Assembly: GCF_002571385.2 (NCBI RefSeq)
Contig: NW_019217842.1
Span: forward strand, 517,064 to 581,063
Length of the DNA stretch: 64,000 nucleotides
Source: Stylophora pistillata
Taxonomy: Eukaryota
Reading direction: 5' to 3'
Both the position numbers and the translations under genes were made by a program. Numbering within the stretch: position 1 is the stretch's first letter; each line of letters begins with the position of its first letter. Shown here one piece after another: positions 35,658 to 49,647 of the stretch. The notes below the pieces were generated by a model. The model saw only the letters and a program-made list of their open reading frames with translations, did no database searches and was not told the DNA's origin.

Positions 35658-38600
35658 ATGGTAAGTTCTGCTAGTGGTACGGGCTCTGTTCACAACACGA
35701 CCAAACATGAATAAACATACAAATTTGGCCTTAGCTGACGCATGCCCAGTAAGGGTACAACAAATGTCAGTGTTAGTGTTTACGTTTGTGGTTTCACGCT
35801 ATTCGATGTCTACCGCAACAGTTGTAAAATAGACAGCTAATGTAAATATATGGGAAAGCAGCGATTCTCTTACAGTTTCCACGTTATTATTAAAGTCCAT
35901 AACAATTTGAACTAATTTATTATGTATCATGCTCATCTCTTCGTGTCTTGTATTATCATGCAAATATCCTGTATCTCATTAAACGTCTTGGCGCATTCCA
36001 TTCATGCTAATGCCAACACAATCAACCCCGCGCCGCTATTGAGAACGAAGGGTCACGCTCTTGTCTTGTGTGCTTCCTGAAACCGGCTCGATCTTCTCCC
36101 GCCCGTTAAACGGTCACAACAGCAAGGAAAACGTGTTGAAAGGTCTTCCGTAAAGCGTAGAAAGTTTCCCCAGAAGAAGCAAAGTCGTCTGTCTTAAAAG
36201 GTAACCAGTAACATATATATTCGGCCGTAGTAAAACACTCGAACACTCAGTCGACTGCTCGATCATTTTTGGCGATCGTGTAACAACCCTTAACAGACGT
36301 AAATTAGACTCAATTCTGGCGGAGTTGGGCTCCATCAGTTCTTAAAAACACAAAGAAACGTCGCTGACTCCTTTCTTGAGTGCATAAACAGCATTCTTGA
36401 TTGAAGATCAATACACAGTAGTAAAAGAACAGTCGGCATAACCCGCGGGATTCGGTAGATAACGCAATATTTACTACAGACGAATGTGCCAACACTACTT
36501 AAACTTTAAACTCGATTTTGTAGTAAAATGTTATTTACGTCATGTCCATTCCTTCGAGCTGATCACTAGTGGTTTTTTTTACGGCACAAACCTTCCTTAA
36601 GGTGTATTTATATATATCGTGACTTCTTATGCAACCGTTGAGGGAAATTGATCGACGGATTGCAGTTTGAAATACTAATTTCCTTGAAACAGTGTGACAA
36701 ACACAGGAAATTGGGGTGCTCTTGCGTCTAGAAGATTACATACAATCGACTGTCCTAGAATCTTTCGATTGATCTCAGTTTATGGCTAAGGTTTTACTGA
36801 GCATGGCCAAATTGTTTACTTGACTTAGTTTTACCGCCAAGTTCTGCAGTAGTCTGCGTGTTTGATTAATGCCATGAACAGGCGGCCATCAGCTCATGTT
36901 ACTTGTGCATGTGTTGTCGTTCTTCTTCCTTAGCAACTTGAAAGCAGTTATCATGCGGTATCCTCACTTTCTCGTAAACTCTGGAGCATATGATGATAAT
37001 GACTTTTCACTGTAGCGTAGGTTGAAATGTGTTCACTTGATTTCCCCCATTCATTCACCATAACAACAGAAGTAATTGTCAAGATTATGGTCGAATTCCT
37101 AAATGCAATTTTTCAAAACTAACAAACGATGTTCGAGAAAGCTTCCTATAGAAATATTTAACAACATTGCGAACGAAATCTAATCGAGAAGACAAATTAG
37201 TACAGCACAAATTTCGCAACGTGGCAATGAATAGTGAGACAGTATTAATGCTCTCAGGCGTAACACAACGGACCATTGTCTTCGCACTCGTGTTGATATA
37301 GTCCTCCTTTAGAATGAAATTTCACTATTAAAGTTCTTTTTGTGGACTAATGCCCAACTCATTCGCATTTCAAATTGCACATATTCCAAAAGAAGGGAGT
37401 AACACTTTGTGCGATTCACAAGCGCTCTCGTAATTTATACAAATATGATTACTATCTTCCTCTTTGTCTCGACCTCGTGATTGAATGAATTTTACCATAC
37501 TGGTAAAACATCTAGCACGAGGGAGCAAATGAATGAATGAGTATCTGGAGATCGAACCAAATGACAAAATCTAACTTATAAGTCTTCGAAAAGAGATTTG
37601 ATTGCCAATAATATTTTTTATCAATAATAGCGAAAGAGAGAGAGATAGACTCAGCTTATTTCGTTTTCACATATGGTATCTCGCGCTTGAGGTCAAAGTC
37701 CGCCTTTAAAAATGTCACAAATATATCAGTTTAGACGGAAAAAAGGAACAGGCTTAAAGAATGCATCTTGTACGAGAATACAATTGCTACAAAGGAAAAA
37801 AGCTATGCGAGTATACACTTAACTACATATATAAATCAATGAGCCTCTCTTTCATTTTTGATTCAACAGTAGCTGAAAAATGGATCACAGCAGAGTCGAA
37901 GAAGAAGCCGCATACCGGGTAAATGAATTGCTTGGAGAACATAACTAAATTAATTGTTACTGCAAAGAAATCAATGTAAAAATAAGGAAATAGGTAAATA
38001 ATGGTAGCAAAGTTGATCAAGTGTCAGTAAACAAAAGCAATCCAGCATAATAATCAGTTATTATCAAGGATGATTTACAAGGATAATCTATTTCTAATCA
38101 ATAAGGAAAATAAATTTATGCAAATGACCTCATGCGCAGGAATATGTGAGTTACTAAGTCAAAAATAGTTAAAGTGTTGCATCTCATTGGTTGAGAGGAT
38201 AGAGTAGGTTTTCGAGATTTCGTCTCAGAGCTGTGCAAAGCAAAAATATTACAATCAGGCAGTATTTTCGACACTCGATTGAGAAGTGCTCTACTGCATC
38301 GGTCGAACAATGGATCGCAGAATGATATAAGCTTAAGGCTAAATTGTAATTGAGGATTATATCACCTTAATTGGGCTCTGAAATGAAATGGCTCAAAGAT
38401 TCGTCAATTTGAACAAGAAATAAGACTATTTTCTGTCTTTTAACACACAGGAGGCTTGCAAGAAGCTGCTGTTCAATGATGGCACAAGAACTGCTCTTGT
38501 TTTGCTGTCTCTGTTGACCCTTTTCCCCATTGGAATCGTCTCAATTGTTTTCTGGATTTTGGTAAGTCTGAGATATGTTCTCGACCTCGAGCAAAGTAAG

Positions 38601-39599
38601 GGAAGAAGAAATTTGTTTTGCAACTGCACTTCTGCAGGCGGGCATTATTCATTCATTTATTTATCTATTCATCTTTCCCATGCAAATTTTTCCATCTATT
38701 CTGTCCTCCATCGGTGTTTGCTTTTATCCATTATATCTCACCATTACTACAGTTATTAATGCTGTTGTAATGAATATCATAACCATCCAGTTACCTACAT
38801 CTCCATTTTCATTTCCATTATTAATCTCATTACAACGCTAACATTGCTACTATCATTACAATAGTCACTGCCAATACCATACCTCGACCATTACCGTCCT
38901 TACCATTACAATCGTTAATCATTATTGTACCATTACTATTTTATAGTAATTCACTTTTCTTTTATCCATCTATCCATCGACGCATTCAGTCATTGGTTCA
39001 TTCAATCATTCATTCACTTTTTCATGTATTTATTTATTCGTTCGTTTATTTCGTCACTCAGTTAGGAAATCATTTAGCTCCTCGGATAGTACACTCATTT
39101 TAAAATTATTACTTTTTCAAAAAGAAGCCCCATCGTAAGTTTGTACACCGTCGAGGAAAACCCTCTAGAGGGCTGTGTTTAAGCTCCTGGGCCCAGTAGT
39201 TCGAAGGCTGATTAGCACTAACCCAAGGTTAAATTCTAGTCAGGGTTTCTTTAATCCTTTGTTTAAAAGTCTTTTTTTGGATAATATTCCTTACACTTTT
39301 TAGAGCATCCAATCACCAAGTTGTAGACAAAAAGAATTCCACTGAATTTCCTTTTAAAGCTTTCAGATCTGAAATCAGATTTTACATTAACCCTGGGTTA
39401 TCTTAACACAGCTTTGAACAACCCGGCCCTGATCTTCCAATTGCAGGCTCGAAAGGCTGGAGGACACGGTGAGAGGAAGAAGGAAGCTGAGAACTATCAC
39501 GAGGCTGAGACTATGGCACTGACGTCCATTTCATTTGGCTTGTGCACTGTGCTCACTATTCTGATCTGCATTCCTCAATTGAAGAGAGGAGATATTTGA
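35658..39599 (+). CDS. Divergent CD225/dispanin-like membrane protein B, about 88 aa
   Basis: ATG at the end of micro-exon 35636-35660 (gccATG|gtaagt), exon 38451-38561 (EACKKLLFNDGTRTALVLLSLLTLFPIGIVSIVFWIL), exon 39447-39599 (ARKAGGHGERKKEAENYHEAETMALTSISFGLCTVLTILICIPQLKRGDI*). Same phase-0 intron position as genes A and C. Start exon inferred. Confidence 0.68.
39188..39431. mobile_element. MITE with terminal inverted repeats, abutting the last acceptor of CD225 gene B
   Basis: ctgggcccagtagttcgaaggctg...aacccaaggttaa versus ttaaccctgggtt...cagctttgaacaacccggccctg. Confidence 0.7.
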
Positions 39600-42500
39600 T
39601 CAAAATAAGGGCTGGAACATTCTGAGTGTTCACTTCCTTATGGCATTGAGCCAATGACGTATAACATTTATTAGTTTTTCAGTAGTCATATCTTTATGAG
39701 ATCCCCAGTCATAGATGTTATTACTGCAAAATTACGCTGATTTGCTAAGATGGTGAGATAGATGCTAACCCTTTTTTGGTTTGTTTGCCTATTCTTTTTA
39801 TGTTTGTTTCATATAATAAAGTGCTGTTAATTTTCTTCATGTAATAACAGTAATTGTTTACTTTTTGGCATGTTTTATTCGTTCTTGTTGAAAAGGGAAT
39901 GACAGTTTCACTATGACGGATTTCCTTGACATATTGCACTTGTTGCGAGATATTTTAAACCTCGTAAATTAAGCCGAATAATTTTCCAATGATTTAAAAA
40001 TTGATTTACTCCTTAGCATTCATCGTCGGAATTTTACAGGAAGTTAGCTTCATTTGGCAATGGAAATAATTTCCTGAAATAATATAAAGCCTTGTAAACC
40101 TCCAGCGTCGTTCATGGTTTAAAGAGAGACACTTACGTTTTCTCATTAAAAGTAGTTATGGCTTTGTTAAAAATAATTTGTGGGAGGCAAACTGATATGG
40201 TGCGGTTTGGATAAAGGGTTTAAACAGTTTTCTGTTATAATTTTCATCGACTACTTTTGGGATTGACACTTCTTAGACAAATTGGGCAACAAGAATGTAA
40301 CGGAAAGGGGAACGGGAGCGGTCCTGTAAGCTGTTTTGTTTTGTACTGAAGCAAAACGGACAAGATACTGGACAAATCACAAAGGGGCTTACAGCTTGTT
40401 TTGTCAGTTTATCTGCAGATCAGAAAAGGGTTCGTCTTGTTTAGCTTGTGTTATGGGAATTTTACAAATCCCGACACTGGTGTTTATCTCGACTCGCACA
40501 AGAAAGAGATCACGGTTATTTGCTCGCTCGTCCCCTGCTTTTTTGTTCGGCTTTCCTGCTACCCAGGATCTAATGTAAATACTACGGTGAAGCCATTACT
40601 TTCTATGATGAATCCATCTGTCAGAGGTGTTTCAAGCATCTCTTATTGTTCATTGGTGTGATTGTTGGCGAATAGAGCCAAAGAACTAAGAACATTATCG
40701 ATTGTTAGAGAGCCGTATCACGACATCTAGGAATTATCGCTCGGCAGTTTCTAGATGATGAAGACCAAAACTGAAAGTCGCGCAAAAGGAATGTGAAACG
40801 AACTGTTACATGGAAACCTGGAAAACCGGAAGGGAGACGTACCCGAAACACGAACACAAATTTAGTTTTCTTTCCCCTTAAGCTTCTCTTGGGAAACAGA
40901 GAATGATAAAAATGAAAAGTAATTATAACAAAGTGGTTTAGATTACCTTCTCATATTTTTTTTACAATCGTTTTAGCTCATCGGCAGTTTTGACCTAACT
41001 TTCCACCAAATCTCCGACTTGTTTTTTCCAGTAGGTTTAACAGCATACTCCGCTGGCATATTTGCTTCTATTCTCGGGAATGGTGAAGCTTTCGCTAGAA
41101 TTTCCAAGAATCAGCTGAGACAATATTTCTCATATTTCAAATAATAAATAAAATTCATTTCTTGACATTCTAATGCAAAGCTCATGATAGTTATTCCGTG
41201 CTTCAGTCAATTTCATTAAATCTTTTAACCATTGCAGTTTTGTTAATCCAAGATGACTAAGAGAGTAAATCGTTTATTCAACAATTTATGGAAAAGGAAG
41301 AACCTTTTAATCGAACGGCCATCGTTTGATATATCAGTCTGAAATGTTAGAAAAAAATAAGCATTGATAGCGACTGAACTTGCGTTGACACAATACAGGG
41401 TTTACAATGTAAATGATATAATCACTGGTCGTAGAAACGCTTGACTGCGTCCTAAAGCAAGTTGGCACAGAAACCCCTAAAATGCCTTTATAATCACTCC
41501 ACAAAAAAATGCCAAGAGTAGTTACGTCAGTGTTTTCAAAAACCTCTGTTTTCCTAATTTCGCTCCGTCCACACTTCATAGCCGAAGCTTTCAATTTTTA
41601 TCTTGGTTTGAAGAGCGTTTCAGAAAATGCACCGTTTAAGCAACTATGTTTGGGATTTTGACGGAACGTTTCTAATATAACTGTCTTTTAAAATACCTTC
41701 AAACCATGATGTGTGTTTTCTAAATATGCCTACTGTTCGCCTTCTCGACTACCTAACAAAGATTACAATTCGCTATTGTTCTTGGGACAAACTGACCCTC
41801 ACAGGGAAAAGTACTTAAGCGATTGTTCAAAAAACAAAATCTTTGAAAAAAAATTGGCTCTCACAAGACTTATGCCTGGCCCTATCCTGATTTCCTTTGG
41901 ACGTTGCTAACGAACAGGGAGGGAGCATAGCGCTCACGTGATGATCTCACTCGTGAGTCTGTTGTTCATGGAGTTCGTTCCTCGGTTGTTATGGAAATTA
42001 GTTACCTATTTTCTTGGAAAAGTAAAGGAATTAAACTATGAAAAATGAACATCATCATCCACAGTGATCTTACGTAGCTCAGTATTACATTATCTTTGCG
42101 CATAGCGATGTCAACAACAGTTAACAGGCTAAAGGGAGAAACTTATAAGAAATTAACATGTTATTTTCATCTTTAATGATTCCTTTCAGATAAAGATACA
42201 TGTACCACCTTTTCTTCTGGTCAGAGTGGTAAGACCAAATAAAACAAGAATTTTAATTTTACGACGTAAACACAACGTTACAATTCTTGTCTTCTCGCGC
42301 AAGCAGTCTTGGGTATAGCGGTACAACAGTTGCGATGGCCAGCGGCCGCTTCACCGCGACTGTTTCAATGGAAAATGGGAAATTAAAGCAAAAGCACGGA
42401 AATTTGTTTTCCAAGAAGAGAAATATTCTTACTTCGCCTAGGTTTGAACCTTTGCCTTCCAGATATCGTTAATAGGAAATATGCTGCAAAGTGAAAACAT

Positions 42501-44759
42501 CATTTCCTATATTTTCCACGGAAATGATTAATACCTCTTTTCTTTGTTTGGTTGATCTTAGCCAATTCAGCTTTAGATAATTTGATTTTTGTCTTCATCC
42601 TTTGCTACATATACATCTATAGATGTTAATTACCATTTCCACATTCGATAATAACGACTAGTATGATACCGATGTGTGATACTCATGGTATTTACATGGT
42701 TCTCGTCACTTTTGTCAATCAATCGGACCGTGAGCGTAAGATTTCTTCAAGGCTCTAATCGCTTTTGGCCATAAGTCGTTCGGTCGATTCTACATTATAA
42801 CGAAAACTAAAGTGAAGAGTGTCGCATCGATTAAATCCAAGAGTGCTGATAATCGATATCGTGCAGGGTGGAGAACATTGCTGATAGCCGGATATTTCAA
42901 ATCACAGAAAAATAAGTAAAAACTCTTCGTCGAGTTTGAATTAAGGACGGAATGAAAATTTCAGTTGAAAATACGGAAGACAGATTTGATCACAAAAGTA
43001 AGAGCGGATAGCTAATACAACATCTTATTATAATCAGTCTCCTCGCCTTCCATTGTTTGAGAATGATATATATCATAAGAGAGTCGTACAGGGGTAAACC
43101 AACGATAACTGAAAGCAAATTTAACCATTTTGCGATGTTTGAGTCCCTCAGCGTTTTCTGGTGATCCCCTCTCCTCTATGAGTCATTAACCTGAAAAATG
43201 ACTTCAAGAAACATAACCAGGGGTCATGATAAAGTTTTCTTTAAGTTGGAATTCAGTTTATAGGGAGTTATCCATCAGAGAAATTTTCACCCCCCCCCAG
43301 GTCTCTATTCCTCTCAATTTCGTCCCCAGGTCTCTTAGTATCAGCCTTGTTCCCCGCTTCTTTTGCACTCAATCTTAGGGGATGAAGGGGGAGAGACTGT
43401 AGGAACCACGAGGATAAAAAGGGGCGTTATTGAGATTTCTGTTTGTCGCCCTGACTGCCCAAACTGACTTGCCGAACCCAAGTTAAAATCTTTTCTTGAC
43501 GAACTTACTGGCCGGTTCTCTTCGGAAACGAAAATATCGAATGAATATCTTTACCCTTGTAGATAAAAAATGTACCTATCATTGCAGAATGAGCATGAAA
43601 ATAGTTACCTGGAAAGAGAAGAACAAAGCAATTATGCCAAAAGGCAAAGTGAAGAAGATTGCAGAAATAATTGACTTATTTCTCAGGGTGAAGAATGAGT
43701 TCTATTCCTATTTGAATTTGCACTGACTTGAAGAATCTAGTCCAGTTTCATCCATATTGTTTGGGAGAGTACCGTTTGCCTTTCTGCAAGAAAAGAACTC
43801 AAACCTTAATCAAACAGTTCATTTACTATAAAAGATTAAAAAACCCTTCTTTTCATAAAAATTAAAAACAGAAAATTGCCGATCGAGTTTGTGCCACCTT
43901 AAGGAAGCGGTGAGGGAGGTGGACTGTGGACTCCTGATTGGTCAGAAGTACCCTCCCCTCCTTAGTCACCTCTGCCAAACTCACCAAAGCAGACTTTTAG
44001 GTGTGCTTAAGCTTGAAATTGTGAGGAAACTTGATAAAGTTGCTCAAAATTTCGTAATTTTTTTTACCCATTTCTTGATGATTCTTAAATTTGACATTGT
44101 AGTTTATATATTTTATATCTTATGTAGGGAGTGTTCTCGATAGGGATAAACTCCGACGTTTCCTTTTATGTACGCTCACATAATAAATTGATCAGTCGAT
44201 TTGATTTGATTTACTGAAACTAGGTACGTATGTAATATATTGGAAAGAGAGTTCTATTGTCATTCCCAGTTGAATTCAGATTGCATGTAAAATTGATTGA
44301 ATTACAAAATCATGTCAATTTTCAACATTGAACAGGCTTATGAGGTTTATGAATTATAATCAAGAAGAACGTCATAAAAGTTTAAGACTGCCGCACACTG
44401 TACCTGTTGATTGAGACGCCATAATCTGTGCGAGCTTTTTGCAAATGATTGCTTTCTCAGACCGAACTGATGACCGACCGACCGACAAAAACAGGAATAT
44501 AGGAAAGGAATGAGGTACTTTGGGTCTTGCATGGTTTTGTAGTGGCTGTTCGCGTGTCGTAAAATACATGTCGATCTCTTTGTTAAAAAAAAGTCGTGCG
44601 GAAACGTGGATGCTTGTATTGCTTGTGTCAAGGCTGAAGGAAGTTGAAAGGAACTGAAACATCGCAATACGTTATCCACAACAAAGTTTTTTTAAGTCCC
44701 TTTGAAATAGCACGACAGTCTGGTGTGATTCGGTCGGGCAAGGGTAGACCTGTAACTGT

Positions 44760-45299
44760 GTTTTCCGCGGCAATGATAAGCGTTTCGTTGTTATTAGAGG
44801 AAAGTGTTCGGATTGGACGTCAGTGAAGTCCGGGGTGCCCCAAGGAACAATTCTTGGCACTATTTTGTTTATCATCTACATAAATGACATCTCAACAGAT
44901 TTGACATCTACTGTTAAGATTTATGCAGATGATACTAAAATTTACCGAACAATCAGTTCGCCAGATGTTGATATTCCTGCCCTGCGGAGTGACTTAGATC
45001 GATTGAGTATATGGGCAAATAAATGGCAAATGCACTTCAATCCGGATAAATGCGAGGTCATGCGTATTACACATAGAAAGGATAAAACTAAACCAATTTA
45101 CTCGCTGGGGGGGCAATTTAGGTCGGTAGAGAACACTAAGGACCTAGGAGTAACCATCTCTTCTGACCTGTCCTGGGGCTTGCATGTATCTGCAACGGTA
45201 AACAAGGCAAATATGGTACTAGGTATCATAAAGCGGTCCATCGGAACTAATAGCCAGTACGTGTTTTCGCAGCTCTATAAATCACTGGTCAGGCCCATA
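44760..45299 (+). mobile_element. CR1/L2-clade LINE reverse transcriptase fragment
   Basis: VKSGVPQGTILGTILFIIYINDI...YADDTKIY...WQMHFNPDKC...KDLGV...LYKSLVRP, running into an N-gap. Confidence 0.9.
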
Positions 45300-46049
45300 N
45301 NNNNNNNNNNNNNNNNNNNNNNNNNNNNNNNNNNNNNNNNNNNNNNNNNNNNNNNNNNNNNNNNNNNNNNNNNNNNNNNNNNNNNNNNNNNNNNNNNNNN
45401 NNNNNNNNNNNNNNNNNNNNNNNNNNNNNNNNNNNNNNNNNNNNNNNNNNNNNNNNNNNNNNNNNGCATGTCACTCTCAGAACTCAAGTCATTTACGCAT
45501 GCTGGGAAGGAAAAAAAACATCCCTCTGAAATGTGGAGTTCTAGACTTACCATTTTAAGATGAGCACGTTCAAATATTCACGGAATATAGATGTCTATGC
45601 AAAACGTTTTCATCTCCAATGGAACTTGTCCACTTATTCTGAATATTGCTTAGTCATTCACGCAATCAGTTCTTGCTCGGATAATTTTGAAGTGCCTTGT
45701 CCTACCTACATTTACTTGTAAACGCACAAATATTTACCGATGGTTCTGCGAACATTTTAAACTATACTCAGTGCTCTTGTTAGTTTCCATCTTCAGGCAA
45801 AGTAAACGTTGTTATAAAGATGATAAGTTTCTAAAGAAACAGCGGTGCTGCGTCGGTAAAAAAAACAAGACTACTTTATTTAAACTCGGATGAAAATGAG
45901 GCTCGTTAGGCCTCTAGCAATAGAGATGCTAATATACCGAGGAAAAATTTATGAATATAAAATACAGAGTTTAAAAATAATATAAGCCTAAATATAAATG
46001 ATGATATAAAATTACAAATTACTTAGTTTTCTTATCTAATTCCTGAAGG

Positions 46050-46228
46050 TAATTTTGGTTATGATCAACTGAGTTGATAATTTAAATTGGCCACCGTAAA
46101 GAGAAATGTCATTTCGCCCTGACGAAGGGCTGACGCTCGAAACGCCAGTTTTGAAACTCTTCAAGGTGACCAATTTACATTATAAACTTAGTTTACATTA
46201 TCAACTCAGTGGATAAAACCAAAATTAA
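46050..46228 (+). mobile_element. Penelope pLTR remnant: inverted repeats around hammerhead motif (46116-46149)
   Basis: CTGACGA-agggctgacgctc-GAAA-cgcc flanked by tcaactgagttgataa...aaattggccaccg and its inverted copy. Confidence 0.7.
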
Positions 46229-49200
46229 GTGTTGTTATAGTTCTTATGGGCTGCTGTCCATTCAAAGATATTGATAAAATAGATATTTAAGGATTTAGCT
46301 TTAAACAATATTAAAGTTGCCGAGAAATAATTATGCGAAAAAGAAGAATCACTATTTACCTCAAGGATTAACCAAGACTTAGCGTAGAATTATAGAAGCT
46401 AAACTGATACAACAAAGAAGGCAACCTAAGCTTGTCTTTTAATTTTCTGTCCTTCCGCAATTAAAGGGAGCTAATATTCATAGTCAATAGATTATAATCT
46501 CTTGTTATAATTAAAGGTAATGTGGTTGGTTGAGTCATTTCATTATCATGGTCTTAGGATTAAAAGCGTCGCCGGTGTCTTTAACGCATAGTGTTGGTTT
46601 ATTACTGCATAAAATTTCCAGCAAGCAGACATCGATTTTTTATCTTAATTGTTTCAACTGTTTTTCTATGAAAAATCTCTGGTAGATTATGGTTTACATT
46701 TTCTAGAGCTAGTTTTCATGGCCCTCGAGGTAACAGTTCGACCTCCTAACGTTATCTCCATATCTTTCAGTCCACCAAATACATTTACATTTTTGTGGTA
46801 TTGAAGAGCTAAAATGTTAACGCTATTACAAAACAACCTATGACGGTAATCGCAAATCAAAAATACGCATTTGGCAACAGTCCCGATGCGTTCACCAAAG
46901 GCGGATCTGTTAGAGTTTTAGTGAAACATAGTGTGCGTCGAACTGTTTTGAATAGCTTATTAGCGATACAAAAGCGCTACAGCAGCTGTCCTCTTCCTTC
47001 ATTGTCCTTTGATGCTTTGAAATAAAAGCCAAATCCCCCGGCTATGACGGTCATGGCTGCACTAATTTCAGATACTACAATACCCATGTTACGCTTGGCT
47101 AAGGTCATATCATTACAATTAGGCAGTACATAAGTGTAAACATCTTACTCAGGCTAAGTTCAACAGTTGAGAATATATTCACTTGATTTTTAATTGCATT
47201 GTTTTGTTCTCCCACACACCGGTGGGAGGCAACGTTGTTGACTGCTGACCTGTGAAACAGTTGTATTTTCTTATTCAAGTTTGTCTGGTGCGGCCATTTT
47301 TAATTGATTCAGTTGCATTCTCCTTCAGACGGTTCGTCGAAGAAGTTCGTTGATACTGTCTCATCTGGATCCCGCGGGTTCTGAAAGAATTCAGTATTCT
47401 TAGCCAGATATTTCACTTCCTTCAACAAACCGGTAAGTTTTGTTCTCTAAACCAGATTTCGTACGTCCTAGCAAAATGCTTAAGCGTGTCGATTTTTGTC
47501 GACTATTTAGGCGAAGACCATTTGAAGCGGAAATCATGATTACTAGTTTATTTTCGAAAAGTGTTGCTCATCAATTACGGACTTAGTGCCTATAACTGTC
47601 CATTGAACGAACTCATCTATGCAACTATTGACCGAATTCTTAATTCAAGATCACATGGACATCTTATGACCACAACAGTGAAAAGTAGATTCCTCGTCGC
47701 ATCGTTTCTTTCACTTTCCGGAAGACTATTCAAACTAAATTCAATGATAAGCGAAGAATCGCTGAAAAGTCTATTTGAAATATATTCTATTGGAAGTTTA
47801 TATGAATAGTCCATCTGAAATCAATATAACTCGCCGAGGACTATGTTAGAAGTTTTCACAAATGCTCATGTTTGAGAAATACTCCAAGATTTTGGGTCAA
47901 CTCAGTAGCAGAGGTGGCACTAAAACTTTCCTTGATCATTGAAAAGTCTGTCGGTGTGACACATTTCAAACAGGAAGACTCCCTATTTTTTTAAATAATT
48001 CGCTTTCGGATCTTATCGCAAGAAACGTGAATCCTTGAATGCTAGAAACCCTTGTGTAGATTTGATCTATAATGAATCCATACAAAGGTTGAAATTTTGG
48101 AGCTTAAATCATAACGAAACGCAAAATATGATGATTGTTTTGTTCAAGAGTCCTGGTATTGATTTCTCCCCCTACAAAGCTTCCACTGAGAAACATATCT
48201 TTATCTCCTTTAAAGGTTGTATTGGTCATTCTGACAAATTTTACAAGTTTATGTACGAGGTTCATAATTTAAGCTTGTGTATCTCGTGCCTCTCTGCTTA
48301 GACGGCGTCCGAGATATTTGCAAATTGAGAAGTAGCACTCCTAGCCATGTGCCGGACGGAGCTTTCAGTTGATTTCCGATTGCTTTTGAGCGATATTAAG
48401 ATCAATATAAGAACAAATATCAAGCGCAACCGTAGAGCCAAATGTGTGTAAAAATTATGATAAGCTTTCAGTCTGATTCCCACACATAATTATTAGATGT
48501 TTCACACACAGTGGTAAACGGCAGGTACAATCGTCTCACTACGCGCTAAAAATAAAGTCAGTACCGAAACAATTTAAAAAAAATCCTTGATTCTTTCGCG
48601 ATCGGTCCTTCAGAGCCAGGTGTATTTTTCGGGTTTCAATTTTTCTGGAGGGACGAAAACCTATTGCTTCTCAGTTCGTGATCCTCGTTCGCTCGACCAC
48701 CTTCGACACTGTTTCACTCGGTTGTTTACAAATATCATGATGATCATGATCAAGATGAGCAATACAAGCAAAGGCCCGTAATGTAGCAGATTGCCAGTTC
48801 CTTAACATTTCTTTCGGTAAGTAACGCACTCGCTTAGACTAGTTCTCCCTAGTCGAGGATAACGATTCTGGCTTGTGTAGGACGCTAAAAAACTGTTCGA
48901 AATGCGAAATGCCCATCTGAAAAATATTAGTAATGTGGTCTTCTGCAGCCAATATAGTAACACGTAATGTCGTACACGTCATTTTACAGCATTTTTCGTC
49001 TTACTAAGGACTTTTTAGCTTTAAACACTTATTCAAAATAATCTGAAAAAAACAAAATATAGCTACTGAGGCTGAGAGCTCTCATTTGACCAGCATGATG
49101 CGATGATGCCGGGTTTGGCGATTGAACGCAGATTTAGCTCGTAGGAACGATTAATTATACTTGCTTTACAAGTCATCATGAAATACACTCTCTCAAATAT

Positions 49201-49647
49201 AAAACCAATGCAACATTAAATTCATGGTTTTCTTACGTTTTTATAGCTTTTAGCTGAGCCTAAAAACATTTACTGCCCTTTATGTTGTTGAAATATTCCA
49301 GAGGCTTTTTAAGAGTCGATCAGTACACGACTTAGGAATCTGATCGGTCACGTCTCATAAATCTCAATCACTTCAACAGTTGTTAACCGGCATCTTTTTC
49401 TCACGGCAAGTTTTTGCCGTTCGAGTTGTTCATTGAGCCTCATTCAAATTATTCTTCCTTACGACGAACAGTCCCCCTCAAACACCTATCGACAAATTGC
49501 GGAGACTTGAAAATGAAGGCCTGAAATCGTCGAAAGTAATGGCATAGACAGCCCAAGAAAATAGGGCTGCTTATCATTGATATGCCTGACTGTTCGGTCC
49601 TGTTTACTCAAAGCATGTATACTTTTCCTCTTCAGAATAAAAGGAAC

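Noticed and set aside
36106-36192. Possible fourth CD225 terminal exon on the minus strand (TDDFASSGETFYALRKTFQHVFLAVVTV*)
   Set aside because: Only faint resemblance, a short hydrophobic part and no partner exon found.
46979-47110. 43-aa minus-strand ORF MTLAKRNMGIVVSEISAAMTVIAGGFGFYFK...
   Set aside because: Too short and no recognisable family; cannot be distinguished from chance.
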